From Candidatus Dojkabacteria bacterium HGW-Dojkabacteria-1 (GTDB taxonomy: Bacteria > Patescibacteriota > Dojkabacteria > SC72), in contig PHAO01000001.1 of NCBI GenBank assembly GCA_002840365.1, positions 15,594 through 79,593 of the forward strand: a DNA stretch of 64,000 nt, given 5' to 3'. Shown here in pieces: positions 56,234 to 64,000 of this stretch. The notes beneath the pieces are model-generated. The model did no database searches, was not told where the DNA came from, and was given only the letters and a program-made list of their open reading frames with translations. Positions within the stretch are counted from its first letter, which is position 1. Every line of letters begins with the position of its first letter. The position numbers were made by a program, and so were the translations under genes.

Positions 56234-58435
56234 CTAGTAATCTTGTGTTGATTCTTCACCTAATATTTCCTCTGGAGAGTTTACAAGAACATCTCTTGGC
56301 TTAGAACTGTTGTCATGTTGGGCTGCAATGGCTCCTGCCTCTTCAAGCTGCTCGATTAATCTAGAGGCTTTGTTGTAACCAATTTTAAGTCTTCTTTGAA
56401 GTAGTGATGCAGATGCTTTTCCTTCACCAATGACAATCTTAAGTGCTATTGCAAATTCTGGTTCCCTTTCTCCACTTGATGATCCAGGTTCTGCCTGTGG
56501 CCTTTCGATTGCACTCTTGAGCTCTTCTGAATATACAGGTGTTTCATCACTGATTTGAGCTTTAACCTGTTGAATGATATCTTCTGTGTCCTCTGTTGAG
56601 ATGAAGGTTCCTTGGATTCTGATAGATTTAGGCATTGTCTGATCTTTGAAAAGCATATCTCCACTTCCAAGCAGATTCTCTGCTCCTGTTTGGTCAAGGA
56701 TTACCCTTGAGTCCATAGAGGATGTTACTGCAAATGCCATTCTTCCAGGGATATTTGATTTTATTAATCCCGTAATTACCTCTACAATTGGTTTTTGAGT
56801 TGCAAGTATTAGGTGTACTCCAACAGCTCTACCCATTTGTGCAAGTCTTTGAATTTTAGGTTCAACCTCTTTTCCTGCAACGAGCATTAAATCTGCCATT
56901 TCATCTACCACAATTACAAGATATGGCATTGCTGTATATCCAATTTTCTTGTTGTATTCTGTTATCTTTCTTACTCTCGCTTGCTCAAGCATTCTGTACC
57001 TTCTCATCATTTCCTCTATGGACCAGTTAAGAGCATTCACCACTAGTTCCATATCGGTAATAATTGGGGTAAGAAGATGTGGAATTCCATTATATGGAGT
57101 CATTTCTACTCTCTTCGGGTCTACCATTATTAATTTCATTTCATCGGGAGTTTTTGTTAGAAGTAAACCTGCAAGAATGGCATTTATACCAACAGATTTA
57201 CCAGTGTTTGTCGCACCTGCTACTAGTAAATGAGGAATATTTACCAAGTCTTTAATAACTGTTTGACCTGCAATATCTTTTCCTAAAATCATTGGCAATT
57301 CGTATTTGTCAGCTTGAGAAAGAAGCTTTCTAGCCATTTCTTTTGCATATACAAAGTTTGGTGTTTTGTTAGGTATTTCTATACCTACATATGAAGTACC
57401 TGGAATTGGAGTCTCTATTCTAATGAGCTCCTTATTGATCATTAAAGATACGGCCAAATTATCAACTAAGCTCTTAATCTTTGCTACTCTAGTATCTGCA
57501 GCTAGACTTAATGCGTATCTTACTACTGTAGGTCCTATTTCTACTTTTACAGCTTTCGCAGCTATTCCGAAATTCTTTAAAACTCTTTCTATTACCTGAG
57601 AATCATTTTTGTATGCTTCTTGGTTCTGTGTTGCTTTTTGTGGTTCTTGTAAATTGTCAATCTTTGGATATACCCAGTTTGGATACCTTGGTTCTGAAGG
57701 GGAAACGTGTTCCGTATTTGTTGTATTGGTAGTGGTTGGTGTCTTGGAGCTAATATTTGAAAAATCAATATCATTTTCTACAGATCCTGAAATTACCGGC
57801 TCAGATCCCTGTTGGACGTTTTCTTCCTCTAACAATGGGATTTGTTCATCATCTTCTAGCCCACTTATTATCAATTTTTCTCCCTTTCCTTCACCACTAA
57901 ATTTGTCCTTCATGTCTCCTAACTTAATATTGCTAAACATTTGATGTAAGAATGCTGTAATTTCCTCTAATTTAACACCTGTAATAAAGGAGAAGGCCAC
58001 TATTAGGAGTATGAGTAGTATTACAAGCTCTATTATATTTCCAAATGCATTGTTAATTGTTAAATGAAGTAATCTACCAAATGTCCCACCAGCTCTTTCT
58101 AATCCTTCAGGATTCTCTAAAGCTTCTTTAGGTAGCCAGAATGTAAAAAGAGTATTAAGAGTTATTGCTAAGAGAGAGACACCTGCTATCCTCGATGGAT
58201 TTTTTGCACTCTTACCTTTAGTTAAGAGACTTATTGATATCAAAAGAACAGCTATACCCCAAATGCTTGATGGCCATCCTAGTAATCTTGATATATATAT
58301 GAATATATGTGCTTGCTGTCCAACTATGGGTGCAATGAGTAATGCTATACCTAATACAAAGAGTATTAATCCAAAGAATATCTTTGTTTCTGAGCTCTTA
58401 ATATTAATATTTTCTTTCTTTTTCTTGCGGGGCAT
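56234..58435 (-). CDS. ftsK: DNA translocase FtsK/SpoIIIE
   Basis: N-terminal TMs, PHLLVAGATNTGKS, VVDEMADLM, HLILATQKP, gamma domain SASLLQRRLKIGYNKASR. Start set at ATG 58435. Confidence 0.95.
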   Translation of the reverse strand: MPRKKKKENINIKSSETKIFFGLILFVLGIALLIAPIVGQQAHIFIYISRLLGWPSSIWGIAVLLISISLLTKGKSAKNPSRIAGVSLLAITLNTLFTFWLPKEALENPEGLERAGGTFGRLLHLTINNAFGNIIELVILLILLIVAFSFITGVKLEEITAFLHQMFSNIKLGDMKDKFSGEGKGEKLIISGLEDDEQIPLLEEENVQQGSEPVISGSVENDIDFSNISSKTPTTTNTTNTEHVSPSEPRYPNWVYPKIDNLQEPQKATQNQEAYKNDSQVIERVLKNFGIAAKAVKVEIGPTVVRYALSLAADTRVAKIKSLVDNLAVSLMINKELIRIETPIPGTSYVGIEIPNKTPNFVYAKEMARKLLSQADKYELPMILGKDIAGQTVIKDLVNIPHLLVAGATNTGKSVGINAILAGLLLTKTPDEMKLIMVDPKRVEMTPYNGIPHLLTPIITDMELVVNALNWSIEEMMRRYRMLEQARVRKITEYNKKIGYTAMPYLVIVVDEMADLMLVAGKEVEPKIQRLAQMGRAVGVHLILATQKPIVEVITGLIKSNIPGRMAFAVTSSMDSRVILDQTGAENLLGSGDMLFKDQTMPKSIRIQGTFISTEDTEDIIQQVKAQISDETPVYSEELKSAIERPQAEPGSSSGEREPEFAIALKIVIGEGKASASLLQRRLKIGYNKASRLIEQLEEAGAIAAQHDNSSKPRDVLVNSPEEILGEESTQDY

Positions 58436-58481
58436 TGTAGTAAATTTTGAATATATATAATAATAGAGGAATATATACTTT

Positions 58482-58575
58482 TTGACAAAGGTTTTCCAGT
58501 GATATAATATCTTTAATATCCAGACAATGCAAAGTGTAAAAAACCTTTGACTATATTGCACAAATATGATAAACT
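58482..58575 (+). promoter_or_regulatory. Tandem sigma70 promoters of rpoBC
   Basis: TTGACA-15-TATAAT (58482-58508) and TTGACT-17-TAAACT (58547-58575), both with a TGn extension. Confidence 0.6.
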
Positions 58576-58699
58576 CCCCAGAGTTACCTAATTTTGCTTT
58601 AATTGACGGGGTTATTGCTGTTTTTATAAACCATTTCTAGTATGGTTTGTGTACCCCCTCGTGCATGCATGTAATTTATAACCTATAAATAATTGTCCT

Positions 58700-61600
58700 A
58701 TGGTAGAACCCAAGCGTAACAGAGCTTCCAGAATAAACCTAGGGAAAGGATTCTCCTCAACATTTGAGATCCCTAGCCTGATAGAAGCTCAAAAGACCTC
58801 CTTTAAGGATTTCTATGAGAGTGGGTTCAAGAGACTATTCGATGAAATTAATCCTGTTAAGGATACTATGGAACGAATGTGGACTCTTGAATTTAAATCT
58901 TTTAGATATGGAGATCCATACAGAGGTATTGAGGAGGCGATTGCAAAAGGTCTTTCATACGAACTTCCAGTATATGCTACTGTACAACTTCTAAACAACA
59001 AGACAGGAGAGATAAAAGAGCAAGAAATATTCGTTGCTGATTTACCCATGATGACTGATGATGGGGCTTTTGTCGTAAATGGTGTTAGAAGAGTTGTTAC
59101 ACATCAGATTGTAAGAGCAGAGGGAGTTTTGTTTGAGGAAGCGGATGCTTTACCTTACAAATCTCTTTACAAGGCAAGGTTAATGCCTGGTAGAGGTCCA
59201 TGGTATGAGATAGAAGTAAACAAATACAACGTTATCTCTATGCGTATCCTTCCTAAGAGACCAAGAGTTTTAATTACTGAATTCTTGAGAGTATTAGGAT
59301 ATGAAAGTGACCAAGAGATATTAAAGCTTTTCAAAGATGTAGATACTAACGAAGAACATAAATATATTGAGGCAACATTGGCTAGAGATTTCACCAAGAG
59401 TAAGGAAGATGCAATTATAAGTATATATAACAAATTAAGACCAGATGAATCTGTTACTTTGGAAAGTGCAGAGAAATATATAAAGAGTAATTTCTTTAGT
59501 AAGAGAAAATTTGATTTAGGAAAGATTGGAAGATACCAATTAAATAGAAAATTAGGAACATCATATGATGTAAATAATCCCGATGAAGCAGTACTCTATC
59601 CAGATGACATTATCCAAATAGTTAGAAAGTTAATAAAGATAAATAATGGAGTTGAAGCTCCAGATGATATTGACCATCTTTGTAACAGAAGAATTAGAAG
59701 TGTTGGAGAAGTTTTGGAAAGGCAGTTGCTAGCAGGTATTAGAAGATTAGAAAAGAATATCAAAGATAAGATGAGTTTGTATGGTCAAGATGCAAAGGTT
59801 ACACCATCTATGCTAGTTGGTACAAAGCCTATTGCTGCATCCATTCAATCCTTCTTTGGTGCAAACCAACTTTCAACATTCATGGATCAGACAAATATTT
59901 TGGCAGAACTTGAGAACAAGAGAAAAGTTACCGCAGCTGGACCAGGAGGTATTGTAAAAGAGAGGGCAACATTCTCTATCCGTGAGGTTCATAACTCTCA
60001 ATATGCAAAATTCGACCCTGTTACAAGTCCTGAAAGTGCAAATATCGGTGTTGTTACACAATTATCAATACTTGCAAGGATAAATGAATATGGATTTTTA
60101 GAATCTCCTTACAGAAAAGTAATAAAGGAAGTTAAGAATACAAAAGCAGATTTGCTTAACAGAATATTAGACGAATCTATTGCAGGTATTGCAAAGAAAG
60201 GTAGTAGAATTACAAAAGAGGTGGCTGAGAAGATTTCAGCACAGAAGAATATTAAAGGTGTCAAAGTAGTACCATTTGTATCAGAAGAGATTGACTATCT
60301 TGATTCATTGGATGAAGAGGATAAATATATAAGTATTGCTACAATTCAAACTGATGAATACAACAATATTACAGAAGCTCTTGCTCCTGTAAGACATGAA
60401 GGTGATTTCCTTTTGGAAGATGTAAATCTTGTTACACATGTAGATGTTTTGACATATCAGCAAGCAGGACTCGGAATGGCACTCATTCCATTTGTATCAC
60501 ATGATGACGCTATGAGAGCCTTGGCTGGTGCAAATATGCAAAGACAGGGAGTACCTTTGATTAAGCAGCAAGCACCTCTTGTAGGAACAGGTGTTGAAGA
60601 AATTGTTGCAAGACAATCAAACTGGAGTGTCTTTGCACAGGAAGAAGGGGAAGTTGTATATGTTGATGCAGGAAGAGTATCTGTACAATACAAGAAGTCA
60701 GGATTACAAGATTACAAACTCGTTACCTTCTATAGATCAAATGATAATACCTGTTTTAGCCAAAAACCTGCAGTACAACCTGGTCAAAAACTTAAAAAAG
60801 GAGATGTAATAGTTGATGGACCAACATGTCTCAATGGAGAATTAGCAATTGGTACTAACCTTAGGGCAGCATTAATGTTCTATGAAGGTTACAACTATGA
60901 AGATGCTGTAGTTATCTCAGAAAGAGTTGTAAGAGATGATTTACTAACATCAGTTCACATTAGAGAACATAAGGTTGAAGTAAGAGATACAGAATTAGGT
61001 CCAGAAGTAATTACCGCAGATATTCCTCATGTAAATGACAGAATATTACAGAAATTAGATATGGCTGGAATAATTCGTGAAGGAATGAAAGTTAAAGCTG
61101 GGGATATATTAGTAGGTGTCATTGCTCCTCGTGGAGAGAAAGAATTAACTGCAGAAGAGAGATTGCTTAGAGCAATCTTTGGAGAATCTGCAAGTGATGT
61201 AAGAGATAACTCTCTAAGATTACCTCACGGAGAAGAGGGTATCGTTATCCATACACAAAGGCTGTCTACAGACAAGGGAGACAAGTTACCTCCTGGAGTA
61301 TTAGAAGAGGTTAAGGTATGGGTTGCAGATACTAAGACATTAGGATATGGAGACAAAATATCTGGAAGACACGGAGACAAGAATACTGTAGCAGCTATCA
61401 GACCAATTGAAGATATGCCTTTCACTGCAGATGGAGAACCTGTTGATATTGTATTAACTCCTACATTCCTTAAGCGTATGAATATGGGTCAGGCTGAGGA
61501 GGTACACTTTGGATTGTATGCAAAACTTCTCAAAGAGAAGTTCGCATTCCCTCTTTTTGAAGGTGTAAACATGGAATGGTTGGAAAAGGAGATGGCAAAG

Positions 61601-62047
61601 AATGGTTTCAAAGTTGAACAGAAAGTAGATCTTTATGATGGAAGAACAGGTAAGAAGTTCCCAAGAAAAGTTACTGTGGGTATAAAGTATACACTTAAGT
61701 TACACCACATTGCTGACGAAAAAGTACATGCAAGATCAACTGGACCATACACTGCAGTTACACAGCAACCTCTCGGAGGAAAAGCTCAAAGAGGTGGTCA
61801 GAGATTTGGAGAAATGGAAGTCTGGGCATTGGAAGCACATGGTGCACCATATGCACTACAAGAGATGCTTACCATTAAATCTGATGATGTAAAAGGTAGA
61901 TCAAGCGCTTACAAAGCCATTATCCATGGTGAAAAGATAGAGAGTGTAAATGTCCCTGAATCATTCAAGGTATTAATCAAAGAATTAAACGCTCTATGTC
62001 TTAATATGGAATTAATTTCTAAGAACTCAGAGGAGGTCGAAGAATAA
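58700..62047 (+). CDS. rpoB: RNA polymerase beta subunit
   Basis: DDIDHLCNRRIR, FMDQTN, GANMQRQ, GYNYEDA, GDKISGRHG, HARSTGPY, GGQRFGEMEVWALEA. Confidence 0.99.
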   Translation: MVEPKRNRASRINLGKGFSSTFEIPSLIEAQKTSFKDFYESGFKRLFDEINPVKDTMERMWTLEFKSFRYGDPYRGIEEAIAKGLSYELPVYATVQLLNNKTGEIKEQEIFVADLPMMTDDGAFVVNGVRRVVTHQIVRAEGVLFEEADALPYKSLYKARLMPGRGPWYEIEVNKYNVISMRILPKRPRVLITEFLRVLGYESDQEILKLFKDVDTNEEHKYIEATLARDFTKSKEDAIISIYNKLRPDESVTLESAEKYIKSNFFSKRKFDLGKIGRYQLNRKLGTSYDVNNPDEAVLYPDDIIQIVRKLIKINNGVEAPDDIDHLCNRRIRSVGEVLERQLLAGIRRLEKNIKDKMSLYGQDAKVTPSMLVGTKPIAASIQSFFGANQLSTFMDQTNILAELENKRKVTAAGPGGIVKERATFSIREVHNSQYAKFDPVTSPESANIGVVTQLSILARINEYGFLESPYRKVIKEVKNTKADLLNRILDESIAGIAKKGSRITKEVAEKISAQKNIKGVKVVPFVSEEIDYLDSLDEEDKYISIATIQTDEYNNITEALAPVRHEGDFLLEDVNLVTHVDVLTYQQAGLGMALIPFVSHDDAMRALAGANMQRQGVPLIKQQAPLVGTGVEEIVARQSNWSVFAQEEGEVVYVDAGRVSVQYKKSGLQDYKLVTFYRSNDNTCFSQKPAVQPGQKLKKGDVIVDGPTCLNGELAIGTNLRAALMFYEGYNYEDAVVISERVVRDDLLTSVHIREHKVEVRDTELGPEVITADIPHVNDRILQKLDMAGIIREGMKVKAGDILVGVIAPRGEKELTAEERLLRAIFGESASDVRDNSLRLPHGEEGIVIHTQRLSTDKGDKLPPGVLEEVKVWVADTKTLGYGDKISGRHGDKNTVAAIRPIEDMPFTADGEPVDIVLTPTFLKRMNMGQAEEVHFGLYAKLLKEKFAFPLFEGVNMEWLEKEMAKNGFKVEQKVDLYDGRTGKKFPRKVTVGIKYTLKLHHIADEKVHARSTGPYTAVTQQPLGGKAQRGGQRFGEMEVWALEAHGAPYALQEMLTIKSDDVKGRSSAYKAIIHGEKIESVNVPESFKVLIKELNALCLNMELISKNSEEVEE

Positions 62048-64000
62048 TGAATAACAAAAGAAATATATTTGAAAATTTTGAGGCTCTAAAATTAACTCTC
62101 GCTTCCCCCGAACAGGTATTAGACTGGTCATATGGAGAAGTAACAAAAGCTGAAACAATTAACTATAGAACATTTAGAGCAGAACCAGATGGTCTTTTCT
62201 GTGAAAAGATCTTTGGTCCTACAAAGAACTATGAATGTTACTGTGGTAAGTACAAGAAGATTAGATATAAGGGGATAGTATGTGATAAATGTGGAGTTGA
62301 GGTAACAACCAAGGACGTAAGAAGAGAAAGAATGGGTCATCTTAAGTTAGCAGTACCTGTTGCCCATGTTTGGTTTGCATATGGTATTCCAAACAAGATG
62401 TCTATTGTTCTTAATATGTCACACAAAAAGCTTCTCTCTGTCATATATTACACAAGATATATGGTTGTAAATGTTGAGACTGAGAAGAGAAAAGATATTC
62501 TTGTAAAGATAGAAGATTTAAGAAAGAGTGACATTGAAGGTTTACAAGCAGAACTTGATGAAGAGTTAAAAGTTACAGAAGAGATGTTCAACAAGGATTT
62601 GAAATCTTTGAAGAAAGAAAAAGAAGGTTCTGATTTTAAGGTAAGCCAACTTGATCACAAGAAAAAGCAAACTCTTGCAAAAACAAGAAGAGAATATGCA
62701 GAAAGGCAAGAGGAGTTAGATGCCTTCTATGTAAGACTCCAACAAATTGTTGAAAAGATTGAAACAGGATCAGTACTAACAGAAGACGAATATATAGACT
62801 TACAGGATAGAGACTTACTCTTCTTCGAGGCAATGATGGGTGCAGAAGCAGTTAAGAAACTTCTTGAAAGTTTAGACATTGAGAAAGAATTAAAGAGTTT
62901 AAGAAGATCAGCAAAAAAGGAGAAGGGAGACAAGAAGGCTGCAACTATAAGAAGAATTCAATATCTTGAAGGTTTTAAGAAGAATGGTATAGACCCAAGT
63001 TGGATGGTCATTGATATATTACCAGTACTTCCACCAGACCTAAGACCAATTATTCCTCTATCAGGAGGGAAATTTGCAACCTCTGACCTAAACGATTTAT
63101 ACAGAAGAATCATAAACAGAAACAATCGTTTAGCAAGATTAATAGAGATAGGTGCTCCAGATGTAATACTTAGAAACGAAAAGAGAATGCTTCAAGAATC
63201 TGTAGATGCAGTTATCGATAACTCACACAGACCTTCTAAGCCAATGATGAATAACAAGAGACTCCCTTACCAGTCATTAACAGATGATTTAAGAGGAAAA
63301 AAGGGTATCTTCAGAAAGAACTTACTCGGAAAACGTGTTGACTATTCAGGTCGTGCCGTTATCGTAGGAGACCCAAGTTTGAAATTAGACCAATGTGGTC
63401 TACCTAAATCAATCGCTTTAGAAATGTTTAAACCATTTGTAATTCACCAACTTTTAGAACAGGAAGCTGCACCAAATGTAAGAATTGCAAAAGATATGAT
63501 AGAAGAAGAGCAAGATATCATTTGGGACTTACTTGAAAAAGTTATAGACGGAAAACCTGTATTACTAAATCGTGCACCAACACTTCACAAGTATAGTATT
63601 CAAGGATTCTATCCAAGACTGGTAGAGGGTGAAGCTATTAGATTACACCCACTTGTATGTAAAGCGTTCAATGCAGACTTCGACGGAGACCAAATGTCAG
63701 TACACCTTCTTCTTACAAAGGAAGCTTTGGAAGAAGCAAAGAGAGAAATTATGGCATCAAAAAACATTGTAAATATTTCAAATGGACAGGTATTAGCAAC
63801 TCCCGCAAAGGATATGTTGATAGGGTTCTTCTTAATGACAGATATGAATGAAGTGGAAAATCCTAGAATGTTTGCATCTACAGACTTAGCAATTAAGGCA
63901 TACGAGAGAGACATTCTTGATATTAACGAGGCTATTCTTGTAAAGATTAATGGTGAAGTTGTAAAGACTTCTGCAGGAAGATGTATATTTAATACCGCAC
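62047..64000 (+). CDS. rpoC: RNA polymerase beta-prime subunit, partial (runs off the right edge)
   Basis: Not in the ORF track. ATG overlaps the rpoB TAA; WSYGEV, GLFCEKIFGP...ECYCGKY...CDKCGVEV, KRVDYSGRAVI, NRAPTLH, FNADFDGDQM. Confidence 0.98.
   Translation, partial: MNNKRNIFENFEALKLTLASPEQVLDWSYGEVTKAETINYRTFRAEPDGLFCEKIFGPTKNYECYCGKYKKIRYKGIVCDKCGVEVTTKDVRRERMGHLKLAVPVAHVWFAYGIPNKMSIVLNMSHKKLLSVIYYTRYMVVNVETEKRKDILVKIEDLRKSDIEGLQAELDEELKVTEEMFNKDLKSLKKEKEGSDFKVSQLDHKKKQTLAKTRREYAERQEELDAFYVRLQQIVEKIETGSVLTEDEYIDLQDRDLLFFEAMMGAEAVKKLLESLDIEKELKSLRRSAKKEKGDKKAATIRRIQYLEGFKKNGIDPSWMVIDILPVLPPDLRPIIPLSGGKFATSDLNDLYRRIINRNNRLARLIEIGAPDVILRNEKRMLQESVDAVIDNSHRPSKPMMNNKRLPYQSLTDDLRGKKGIFRKNLLGKRVDYSGRAVIVGDPSLKLDQCGLPKSIALEMFKPFVIHQLLEQEAAPNVRIAKDMIEEEQDIIWDLLEKVIDGKPVLLNRAPTLHKYSIQGFYPRLVEGEAIRLHPLVCKAFNADFDGDQMSVHLLLTKEALEEAKREIMASKNIVNISNGQVLATPAKDMLIGFFLMTDMNEVENPRMFASTDLAIKAYERDILDINEAILVKINGEVVKTSAGRCIFNTA

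Overview
An AT-rich, gene-dense bacterial chromosome segment spanning the replication origin (dnaN-oriC-dnaA-rpmH-rnpA-yidD-yidC-jag). It runs from a partial form II/III-type RuBisCO gene at the left edge to rpoB and a partial rpoC at the right edge. The gene content points to Patescibacteria/CPR, plausibly Dojkabacteria-like (inference): tandem VirB2-like pilins, a VirD4/HerA-like ATPase, a UvrD-nuclease fusion, a DUF4012 protein, an FtsA-like plus baseplate-J-like pair, and the RuBisCO. Non-coding features read from the sequence are 6 tRNAs (including a rare tRNA-Ile with a UAU anticodon), tmRNA with a long 26-codon tag, a T-box before valS, a Bacillus-like DnaA-box/DnaA-trio unwinding module and several terminators. 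No CRISPR array, transposase or prophage was seen. The most notable observations are: (i) about 20 genes with a -10 element only 5-9 nt before the ATG, suggesting widespread leaderless mRNAs; (ii) an unexplained structured element between valS and metG carrying two copies of the 16S anti-SD sequence and small antisense ORFs; (iii) several surface modules (pilin array with a permuted SpoIID hydrolase, TasA-SipW, a pacifastin-like peptide, FtsA-like/baseplate-J, pseudo-SDR-DUF4012/PEGA/WecA); (iv) degenerate two-component parts. All calls rest on manual motif recognition; no database search was run.
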